A stretch of 64,000 nucleotides of DNA from Tubulanus polymorphus (Eukaryota; Animalia; Nemertea). A program made the position numbers and the translations under genes. Shown in pieces: positions 52,632-64,000 of this stretch. Location: NCBI RefSeq assembly GCF_964204645.1, contig NC_134031.1:2356001-2420000 (forward strand), read 5' to 3'. The notes below the pieces were generated by a model. That model worked only from the letters and a program-made list of their open reading frames with translations, made no database searches and was not told the origin of the DNA. Each line of letters starts with the position of its first letter. Positions within the stretch are counted from its first letter, which is position 1.

Positions 52632-55252
52632 GTTGTGTCATAGCGAGACATGAATTTTATGGATTGGTAGATTGGTAGATTGGCGATTGTTCTGACGAGA
52701 AATCCAGTTTTTCGTTATAAAAAGCAATTCTAATTTCGTTATTCTACGAAGGAATACAAGATAGGGAATTGAATTCTTGGAAATTCGGGCGTGGATGCTG
52801 TCACGTATCAATTATCAAACCTTACAAGTCACGTAATGGCGTCTTCAGTGAAAGCTAGAATAAAGAGTGATTTCAGCGTGAGCTCAGAAGTTTCGCCCAC
52901 ATTCTTGTCAATCATTTTAAAAGCGGATATCTGCGAGAAAGCTTACAGATGCGGATGATTTACAGTAGCCTAAAACTTGAGTCAGGGTGTTTTAATTTAT
53001 GTCTTGGCGTAGATTAGATTCGTGCAATATTACACAAGTGCGCGAGGTTCTTCTTTTTGGAAGTTAAAACTGTCGCCATGACGTCTAATGGATATTATAC
53101 AACATCGACCACAACACACGGAAGACAATCGTCGAATCGTAAAAACCTTCTTTTGTGTAAATTCCGAACTAGTCATCGTAGCAAAAAATTATCTAAAATC
53201 TCGAGTCGATGTTTCATATCGCCATCTCATCGAGCTAGGGGTTTAGCGTGACAGGGTGAATAACACCAAATACTCATCAACGATTGTCGGTCTACTGATC
53301 TGATTTTTTTAAACCCCGACCTATCAAGCGCTGGAATATCAATGGCTCCGCTTGAAACCGTTTTCTCTTTTGATGGGGGAAGGCTCGAAGAACGGTCGAT
53401 CAAGAGACACTACCTTGATTGCCGTGAGCGTTGGAAAATGGCGAGACGAATATAGGCCTAGTAAAAGGACGATGAACTCCGAAAATACAAGATATCAAAA
53501 ATGATAAAGAACTACATATAAGTTTGTGTGTAGAAAAATAGAGTATAACATCTTGTATGTATCAATACCAGACTTGCAAAACAATTGAACTAAAAGCTGG
53601 GTTCAATTTTTTTCGGATTCTCAAGAAAATGATCAAACTTAGTTTGAAGTAAACCGCATCTTACGCGAAGTATAAAAAAAAACTTCATTCTGGAGAGTGC
53701 CTCGTTTAAAAACAACGTAATTGCCAACAGCGCCAACACGCAACCGTTGTTTAAAAGAGCGTTTGTAGCCGTAGCGGATTCAGCCCAGTGGGCGAAATTA
53801 ACTTAGAACACGTCATCACGAATATCGTTTGAAGCCGGCGTGTGACTGAGAAATATCTCAACTCGCCACGAAGAGAAAAACCTTCAAAGTAATTTTTACA
53901 TCATATTCGTTGTGTGAAAGCGCACGTCAAGTCGCTCTCAGGTGGCACAATAACCGAAAAACAACAACAAGACCGATCGGTTGATTGTCACCTCTCTGCG
54001 CCGTTGCGTGTGACAAAACGAGCAGTAGCTGTTTGATTTATGAGCATCATCGTTTGTTATATTTTCCTAAGGATTGTCACTAGTTAGCGGTCTTTAGGCG
54101 AAGGATTAATGACGCATAGCAAACAATAAGAACGCTCAAAAAATGACGCGCGCGAGATATGCTCCCTTCTGAAGTTCTTCTGCTGAAATTCTTCCCCCCT
54201 CCACCCCCCCCCCCCCAATTGAATTAATTTCATGGATCCGCCTCAGTATATCGAAATAAATTCTACTCACACAAATGGAATCTGTAAAAAATGCTCAAGT
54301 CTATCAATGGTGAAAATTTAAACGAAATTCGATTAACGGACCTAAGGGAACGTTTTCGGAAGATTATTTATGAAAAGCAGCGCGCATCTCACGCAGAAGA
54401 CTAACAGCCATTTCCAGCTGCCCTTCCCATCCCGTGTATTTCCGATCGTAAATGAGACACCCACACTGTAATACATGTATGTAATGGAAAAAGCGATTGC
54501 ATGTTTTGCTGATGGTCTAGTGACAAAGTGATGACCAGTAGACCCGATCTCTGCTAATCTTTTAATAGTTTCAAAACTTGCTCTAAAATCGATTAAGATA
54601 GATATATACATATATATTATGAAATAGAATCATAGATATAAAACTTCATGTAAACTGAAAATTGTCATTACTCCTGTTCAGTTTTACCAAGTAGGCTTAT
54701 TCGGAGTTATACGATCACTTCAATCCACTTCACAAGAGCTACGTATTGCTGTATGAATGATCCCCCCTGAGCTGTGGCGGAAGAAACAGGCGAGACTGTC
54801 AAGTGCACCGGACTATCTCCGGATTATCACGCGTTGTTTTGACAGCAACCGTGACAAGAAACTTATATAAGACAAGAAGATGCTCCAATTACCGTCGGCC
54901 ACGCACAGGCGTTTCAAATAACTAATACGGTGACCGGACGTATTGAATTCTAGAAGCGAAGGCGAATTACGAATATCTATAAGGGAAGTAGTCGAATAGA
55001 ATTCTCTTATCCGTGTACACTGAAATAAAGAAGTCCCACATTAGAATTGTATACGATAAGATTTATTAAAACAAAATCAAATCGATACCAATGATTCCAA
55101 TCGAAGTTAATATACGTTTGGTTTGCAAATTCTTGGTTTGCAAATGCTTTTCTCTGGTTGTCCTGCTGTTATTTTGCATCAGTTTGCAAAACAAATAAAT
55201 TATCTATAGTTAGTTCGTAAAATCTGGTATTCATTGATGTAAATTATTCAGG

Positions 55253-55280
55253 AAATAAATAAATAAATAAATAAATAAAT
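55253..55280. repeat. (AAAT)n microsatellite
   Basis: Read directly from the sequence. Confidence 0.9.
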
Positions 55281-56949
55281 TCAGCTGGTTACCGCTTAGA
55301 AGATCGGGCTAGATGAAGGGCATTTGATCAATAAAAGCGGTGCAAATCTAACGGAAAGATCAGAAGTGTCCCGGCGACGATTATAGATGTGCTGGTATTT
55401 GCTGGCGGAAAATCGTGCATTAAATCAAGACACTTCTCGGTCCGGTTGCTCCTCCGTAATGGCCAATAAAACCAGTTCCGCTGTGGCCGTCTGCGGCACT
55501 GATAGCAGATTCAACTGGTGAGATACTCCTCGTCCGGCATATTAAACATCATAATTCGCGGGTCGCATCATCGATCTAGTCTTCATAATGCGACTGTAAA
55601 TTTTATGCGCGGCCCGCAAATTGTCTATTAATGTTATAGAGGTCTACGTGACATAGACATTAATCACCCAATAACCTAAAATACTGTATAATTTGTTCGT
55701 GCTTATAAGCACCGGCTGGAATATCGGTATTTGGAATCTGGAATCGTGGTAAATTGGACTATTGGAACACGATCTCACCGCTCACAATCACGCATCAAAC
55801 TCCGGTTATATCTAGCCGAATTTCTTGGCACACACGAAGTCACGAAGCCATCGATAGATACGGTGAATTGGTCTCATGGGATTCGTGTGGCTCGGCGACT
55901 TTTTTCGAGTGCCGTCGAAGACATTCTCGACATCTCGAGAAATGACACTATGAAGGACGTCTGTGCGATAAACATTCAATGAAAATATTCAATTCTATGT
56001 AGATATTCGTCTTCTCCATCAGGTTGAAGTAGCAATATGAATATATATCATGTGACGTTGAACATGTTGAGAATGAGTTGAATTCGATACAGCTGCTGAT
56101 CGCTTTTTGGGATCCGAATCAGGGGTTCGAACCGTGCTTCAATCATTTCTAAACATAAATCATAGATATACTAGTATAATTCACCATTTCATAGCTGGTT
56201 CGAGTCCCTTAGTCTGACAGCGGAATCTACGTCACATGATCTAACTGGTCAATACATTCAGTTCATATCTGCTGTATTTCAATGTGATTGATCGTGGAAA
56301 ATACGTCGTCTTCAATAGAACGAAATAAAATCGCTTCATGTCGGAAAATGGATCTTTTGACGAATCGTCAACGTCTTTGAAAGAGTGATATAATTACGTT
56401 TATATCCGCATTGATTTAATTGGCAACTTGCGGGCGTACACGTAAAAAGATCCTTTTAGCTAATGAGCGCATTTAGCTAAGCATTTTATTTTTCGTATAG
56501 TTAATTGTCACCAAAGACTGCATCGCGCTTGTCGAAACGTGTTCGCTGATGTGATGTACCTTCCGCGGGAAAAGGTTCGTGCAAATGATGAGAGGAAACT
56601 CTGAGGAGAAAATTGTTCCCTTTTTTCTCAGAATTATTTACAGACTCTGACGACGTAATATTGATCTTTATGGCTGATATTACGGCAGACGATTGCCGCT
56701 GTCCAGAATCAGAACCAATCTATTAAGCAGCACCAGTGCACCTTATATTACGATTTTACGATCTAATCGGTGTTGGCTAACATAAAATACGTAAGATTGA
56801 TCCACACTGCCAGTGATTGAAAATATTGATTCGTGAATTTGATTTTTTATCAACGACTGATTCGGCCATCATTGTAAACTGTGATCGCTTGGTATGAAAT
56901 CGGTAAATATTCGGAATTAGTCGAAAAAAACATTCAAATCTGTGTAGAT

Positions 56950-57209
56950 GAATGAAAAAGGTCCCAACATAGATTTTTTGCGATAAAATCATGAAGATAT
57001 ATTGAAGCGAAACCACAAAGTTTCGGCTGTGGACTAACAGCCATCAGCAGGTGGAATCACGCAATAGACGGTGTTGCACAGTGCGGTTTCTCATTGTTGA
57101 TATAGCAGCAACCTGATGATGGCCCAAGTCAACAACCAATGTGGTTTCGTTTCAATAAATCTTTGAAATTGTGTCACATGAAATTCTATTGTGTGGGACT
57201 TTTTTATTT
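56950..57209. mobile_element. Inverted pair of Penelope-like termini with two degenerate hammerhead motifs
   Basis: The minus copy (57013-57054) reads CCAC-CTGCTGA-T-GGCTGT(TAGTCC)ACAGCC-GAAAC-TTT-GTGG. The plus copy from 57113 starts CTGATGATGGC and has lost GAAAC. The downstream tails are alike (TGTGGTTTCG.TTCAATA.ATCTT...TGGGAC.TTTTT) and resemble the tail of the 5557-5701 element. Confidence 0.6.
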
Positions 57210-58569
57210 GTCGAATTCAAACCTTCATAAGGTTGGCGGCCGAATAAAGAATCAAATCTTCGCCAATCAAGAACTGCTCATGGTCACTTGTGCATTAGCT
57301 ACAGGTTTGCAGTTTACAGTTTTGATTCTTTATTGTCATTTGATCAGTGACTTCAGGCGAATAAACCTCTATACAATACCGCGGAGTCTTTTAATCAAGC
57401 ATCGTGTGACGAAGCGTTTCATCATCATCATCAGCGAGAGGAGAATTAAATACACAGACAAATTCATTTGATTTTTTATTTTTTCATTCAAGGCGCGTCG
57501 AATATCGAAGTTCCGATAATCGCGTTTTATAGTCAGCGCCGAATCATAGCGCGTCGTCGTAATTTAAAGAAATACGTGTTTCATGTACAAATTCATAAAA
57601 ATCTCGTCAAAAACGAATTATTCGCCATCCCCCTCTAGGCGTTCGCTGGAGCAGATCTCGACCTTTGCGGGTGAATACCTGTGATACTAATTACGGTTAT
57701 GTTTGTTCCCGTCGACCCGGTATTCGCCACTCGACCTTGAACAAAGTAACCGGAAACTAGACCGCGGCAACTAATAGATTTTTGCCGCGTCGTGGGATCG
57801 ACCGCGCTTTCGTCGTCAAAACTCCTTCAGTTTTGGTCGCAGTAAACCGGCCACACAGGTCGTAATACGTGCATTAATTCTTCTAAGCATTTGGCCAAAA
57901 TACCACGATCGATGACACGCCGACTGTCTAATGAAAGAGATCACGTACATAATATAGCAGATCTATACCCACTCTGTCCATTATCTTAAAAACAGCAATT
58001 TTTCTAACTACTTTCATCCAGAGCTCCTTCCGGCCGTCTGTCGACGATATACCCATCATAACAAACTGAATAATCCCGACGGTTTTTGCTCGTTAATGAA
58101 CACTTGATCTTTGTTATCAAACCGTACATACAATGCCCTTATAAGAGATACATATACGGGATCACGAGTATACTTCTTATGAAAGCTAAACAGTATCTAT
58201 CGGCTTACAGTCCCAATTCGTGCCAATCACCAGTATCATTATATGAAACCCTATAAAAGTCGAGTCGTTGAGCCTGCTAAGAAGGATCATTGAGGTATTC
58301 CGCATGTCTCGTTTCTAATCTTTCTCATCACAAGTCGGATGATATTTTCGGGTCCGTGGAATAGTTTATTGAGGGTCAAATGTCAAAGCTTGACATGATC
58401 GCACTCATCGACGGCAGTTTTTCTCAGAATCTGCGAAATCAAAGTTGACGCCATGACATGGCTCACTTCTAAGATCGTATTATACATGTGAACGCTACTA
58501 CATTCACTTATGTCATATCAACGCACTTCTCTAAAAGTACTTTCGTTTTTGCGTGTCTCTAAGCATGAG

Positions 58570-58800
58570 GCTAGTTGGCATATTGGCTTATATTGATATA
58601 TACCAGGGTAAGGGCCGACAGATAAGTCTTTCAATATGGCGTACCACTGATCCTGTCGCATTGCCAAATGGGTCATACAAGTGTAGAACATCAATATCTA
58701 ATCATAATTTCACTGTTACTATATATTGTAATAATCAGGTTCATAGCATAGGACAATATACCTTCACTTATACGGGTAATCCTCTTTGGATTTTGGAAAT
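58570..58800 (+). mobile_element. Decayed LINE (CR1/L2/Crack group) ORF2 C-terminus
   Basis: The translation GSYKCRTSISNHNFTV...SIGQYTFTYTGNPLW resembles the H.Y.TR...F.VP...G..TF.Y.G..LWN.LP tail of this group, by recalled pattern only. Confidence 0.45.
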
Positions 58801-59231
58801 AGTAAGTCGTGATGTGATGATTTCAAATCACCAACGCACGGGCGTCATGCGGCGGTGAAATCCACGTGAAAATTAGTTCAGGATATAAGCAAAAGTCACG
58901 CGTGTTTGAAATAAGTTCATCCGTGTAAATGTAATCCAATAAAATTGCGTATTTTTCAACGTTTAGAAAATCTAACTGTCACGCGTGTGTTTATGACTTT
59001 TTCGATCTATTTTATGATAATCGACCGAACAGTTAATTAGAATCGATAGAAAACGTGGTCATTCTCTGGAGGATAAACCAAAGCCTATTCATTGCATGGT
59101 TAGTTGGAAAAGGAACTCTACGCTTTTGGCCACGACTGGGAATTCAACAAAGACACTAAGCACTTCTGAGATGTATGTTTGAAACGTTCATTCTACCGTC
59201 TTAAGACACTAGATATAGATTAGTAGGAGGA

Positions 59232-59685
59232 ATGATAATTGTGATGAATACGACCGTGGAGCCAGAGGAACCGTTTGGAATACCGACGTATTTCGCCATA
59301 CTCGTAATCGTATCGTGCGTGTTTTCCATTATCGGTGGTGCGGTAATAATGCTAAGCTACATGTGTTTACCGCAAATTCGAACCGCAGCCCGGCGTCTGG
59401 TCGTTTATCTCACTGTAGCCGATCTACTGACGGCTATCGGTAATCTGGTCGGAATGACGCGCTACGTCGTCTTATCGAACGAGGGACGAATCGGCTGCGG
59501 AAAAGTGGACGACCTTCGAGAAATCTGCGTCGTCCAAAGCGCGTTGACCACGTATTCCGCCATGTGTTCGCTTTTCTGGACGGTCGCCTTAGCCGTTTAT
59601 CTATACATGAATATCGCCTGCCGAGACGCGTGGAGAGCGAGAAGATCTGTATTATACTGTCATATCGTATCCTGGGGTATTCCAG
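59232..59685 (+). CDS. GPR157: GPR157-like exon 1 (TM1 to start of TM4)
   Basis: ATG at 59232, with an alternative at 59244 (MNTT, contains an N-glycosylation sequon). Phase-1 donor gtatgc at 59686. Confidence 0.88.
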
Positions 59686-61820
59686 GTATGCTAACAACAA
59701 TAGAACAATAAAGAAAAGAGAAAATGAAAAGGAAATGAGTTTGTGGGTGGCGATGATTAATCTATGCGACTATGTATTGTTTTGCGTTTTCTAGGTGTTA
59801 TCGTATTAACGGCAGCTATCGGCAATGTTCTCGGCGACGATCTATCAGAAACGACTGTTGGATGGTGCTGGATAAGCACTTGCTCTGGTACTAGACGCCG
59901 GCAAGTCGTTTGGATGCTCGGGACGGGCAAAGCATGGGAACCAGTGGCTGGTATACTGGCGATAGTATTCTTCGTGTTAGTGAAGTGCCATTCCCCGATG
60001 ACGGTAAGATTCTAGAGTCAGTTCGATAGATTTAGTCAAATCTACTTCATTCCTATGAGTGAAATTTCACAACTCGAAGAATAATCGATTATTTTGGCAA
60101 TTCAATGGGTTTCCTTGATTATAACAAATCAAGACACGATTCTAAAGTCGACATGGCACTATTGGAACACAATTATGCGAAGATATCTAAAATATCACAG
60201 CAATTCTACAACTCTCAGGAAAACTGCTCCATGGTGGAGTTGTGATCAAAATAAAATGTCCAAATGTCATGTTTAAGTTTTCTGTTTCGGACATGTGAAG
60301 CATTTTGGCTGTGAAGTGAAGCGTTATCTTCTTCTGGGGGCATAAGTCATATTCAAAAACTAAATTGTTTATTTTCAAATGGTTTCTGCCTCAACCGGGT
60401 AAATTTGTTTGTAGCCCGATCGTCGCTATACGATCCACTTGAATCGAGATGACGTTGGCGAAAACGCGGATGACGAGCCAGAGGATGGAGCGAACAAACA
60501 CCTGGCCATTATACCCATAGTTTTCATCGTATTAAGAATGTGGGGAACAATCCGCTTTTTTCTACACGTCACCGATGATAACCCGTTACCCCGGGCTACA
60601 GACGGCTTCCTACTCGTATTACAAGTAAGTCTCTGATCGCTAATCTCTCCCAGCTCAGACGAGATCCTTCGATCATTTCTTCATTCGATCGATGGATCAA
60701 TGACAACCGATGTTATTTCCTCTTATTTCAATTCGAATAATGGGAGACGATATATAAAAAAATCGAAAAGAAGATATCACTGGAAATTAGACTTCCAAAA
60801 TCTATATAATAATTCTTCGACCACGGCGTGAAATTGGATTACAATTCGAACCGACACGGGTCAATTGGCAGTTGATATGCTATATACGGGGCCGCCGTCA
60901 GCCTGTATCCGCTAATGGTTATTATAAAGGACTACGAGGAAATATTTTTTGAGAGAAGCCTCGACCAGGGAAGTGTGATGAGACTCATCACACTTCCCTG
61001 CCTCGACCGACTGACCATCGCCAACAGGGTTGTACGCAGAGTTTGGTTGTAGCACCGTCCGGTCACCTGGTGGACATGTCTGCCAACTGACACCTTGGAC
61101 TAGTGGTTGACTTGATTGATCGTTAAAACTCTTTTCGAAAGTCAAAATACAGCCATTCCAACGGCCATTTACTGCCAAAACTGATTTTGTCACATAACAG
61201 AGCAGGGCATTGTCAAGGTCTAATGTGTTGGCGGCCCGCGTATTACACGAGTTCACAAAAATTCCGTTAGGGGACCTTACAGCGCTGCAACCAAGCTTGC
61301 ATGATCTTAATGAAAATGCGGTTCAATGATTGGCTGACTTATCGATTTGTCGTACCCCGCGTAATTTAAAATGGCTTGATGCTGGATTTCCCATAATCGA
61401 ACAAGACTTCGGCTGGAGGCAACCAAGCATGGTAGAAGCAACGTCTTATATAATGCTTATCCTCAGATTACTTCCATTGTCTTTTTATTTTTGTAGGGTA
61501 TAGGAGATAGCGGCCAAGGATTTTGCAACTGTATTATTTTCTGTTTATCGTCGAGGAAACTGAATGAATATTTCTCAGATTGGTGTACGAATTGCTGGTG
61601 CGCGTGCAAACGATGTTGTCCTTCGATTTGCCGCGAATACAAAGACCTGGAACAGTTTCACAAGTTTATGTCGAGTAACCGCGGGTATGACCGGAGTCAG
61701 AGCTCCGACTATACGAGTCACCGATCGATGGTTGTGCCTACGTATCAGTACGGTACGATGCCGCCTATTACGGAACTTTCTTCTACTCCAGGCGATCCCT
61801 CGAGAAGACTATCGTTCTAA
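59232..61820 (+). CDS. GPR157: GPR157-like / cAMP-receptor-like 7TM GPCR, complete: join(59232..59685,59795..60003,60415..60624,61497..61820), 398 aa
   Basis: The four exons (454+209+210+324 nt) splice in frame at canonical sites: CCAG|gtatgc..ttctag|GT, ACG|gtaaga..ttgtag|CCC, CAA|gtaagt..ttgtag|GGT. The protein has seven hydrophobic segments and family motifs RRLVVYLTVADLL, CVVQSALTTY, SLFWTVALAVYLY, VSWGIP, VGWCWI, WMLGTGKAWE, FIVLRMWGTIRF and LQGIGDSGQGFCNCIIF (recalled human GPR157: HGIGNTFQGGANCIMF). Orthology versus paralogy within the family is not resolved. Confidence 0.88.
59795..60003 (+). CDS. GPR157: GPR157-like exon 2 (TM4-TM5)
   Basis: Acceptor ttttctag, peptide VIVLTAAIG...GWCWI...GKAWE...CHSPMT, donor gtaaga. 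Confidence 0.9.
60415..60624 (+). CDS. GPR157: GPR157-like exon 3 (ICL3-TM6-ECL3)
   Basis: Acceptor ttgtttgtag, peptide PDRRY...AIIPIVFIVLRMWGTIRFFL...LVLQ, donor gtaagt. Confidence 0.88.
60966..61000. mobile_element. 35-bp perfect palindrome with 7-bp flanking direct repeat (TIR-only insertion) in GPR157-like intron 3
   Basis: CCTCGAC-[CAGGGAAGTGTGATGAG A CTCATCACACTTCCCTG]-CCTCGAC. Confidence 0.65.
61497..61820 (+). CDS. GPR157: GPR157-like exon 4 (TM7 and C-tail); this frame is absent from the supplied ORF track
   Basis: Polypyrimidine acceptor ctttttatttttgtag, peptide GIGDSGQGFCNCIIFCLSS...SRRLSF, stop TAA at 61818-61820. Confidence 0.88.
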   Translation, partial: GIGDSGQGFCNCIIFCLSSRKLNEYFSDWCTNCWCACKRCCPSICREYKDLEQFHKFMSSNRGYDRSQSSDYTSHRSMVVPTYQYGTMPPITELSSTPGDPSRRLSF

Positions 61821-62430
61821 ACACATTTAGCGAGTTATAGAGGTTTTCAATATGTTTGCCAGACGTGGAACTAGCCATACACGACCAGCAATAGAATCAG
61901 GGAATTTACTAACTTTCGAGTGGAAATTTCGCATTGTGTTAACTAGCTAATTAACTGATTGCGGCGCATGGGTGCAATACCTCTATAGCGCACGGCTAGA
62001 TCAAGCGCGCTAATGTCGCTGCGGGTCGTTGGCCATGAAGCCAATACGTTGTCCTAGTTGAACGGCCAATATGACGATCAAGCATAAACCTCTATAGATT
62101 CCAATGTGGTAGAAATCGACCCGTGCAGTAGTTGTAACGTTCAATGCTCGAGGGTTTCCCCTAGGACAGTCTGGTACAGAAACCAGGAACGACATCCCGG
62201 AAAATGTGATAAAAACTCAGCCATGAAGTTTAATTTGATGAATTTTTTTTAATCATTTTCGTTTTTACAAAAACATACACATGTACATGTACTACATCCG
62301 TCAAGAGAAATCGATATTTACTTAAATAAATGTACATATTATATTTACCGACATGTACTTGATTTAATCGCAGTTTGAAACTTTATTTCTATATACACTA
62401 ATTTCCTCTACAAACACTCGAGGAATGCAG

Positions 62431-63979
<1,549 letters not shown>

Positions 63980-64000
63980 CTACGCAGCAGAGACACAGAA

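Noticed and set aside
54003-54020. TTGCGTGTGACA resembling miR-210
   Set aside because: The match is partial, with a mismatch in the seed region and no convincing precursor hairpin. I recognised no conserved miRNA in the window by eye.
57404-57437. CTGATGA...GAAAC...GTC on the minus strand as another hammerhead
   Set aside because: It arises from a (TGA)n run and has no stem II and no stem I pairing.
60912-61256. 114-aa antisense ORF in GPCR intron 3
   Set aside because: It has a GTG start and only a vague likeness to LINE endonuclease fragments (TR..NTLDL), and it is crossed by the 35-bp insertion. It is not supportable as a gene.
61564-61830. 88-aa ORF listed over GPCR exon 4
   Set aside because: It is the wrong frame. 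The homologous frame starts at the 61497 acceptor and stops at 61820.

Overview
AT-rich animal (invertebrate-type) genomic DNA with spliceosomal GT-AG introns. Only the last ~5 kb has recognisable protein-coding sequence. That part holds a complete 4-exon GPR157-like (cAMP-receptor-like) 7TM receptor on + (59232-61820, 398 aa), convergent with the last three exons of PSMC2/Rpt1 (26S proteasome AAA-ATPase) on - (62431-63979). An intact tRNA-Arg(ACG) lies at 52559-52631 (-). The first ~59 kb has no credible long ORF. It is a mosaic of short non-autonomous DNA transposons (MITEs), decayed LINE 3' ends, Penelope-type termini carrying minimal hammerhead ribozyme motifs, and micro/minisatellites. 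Several CpG-rich patches look like minus-strand first exons (Inr or TATA/Inr, then a GT donor). This suggests the apparent desert is the multi-promoter 5' region of a large gene whose body lies left of the window. Best leads: (i) the staggered candidate first exons; (ii) one hammerhead motif with an intact core plus decayed relatives; (iii) a pair of ~105-bp structured inverted repeats filling a PSMC2 intron; (iv) a 35-bp perfect palindrome with a 7-bp TSD that looks like a TIR-only transposon. All analysis was by eye and no database search was run. I cannot claim a new biological system, and the repeat family names are pattern-based.
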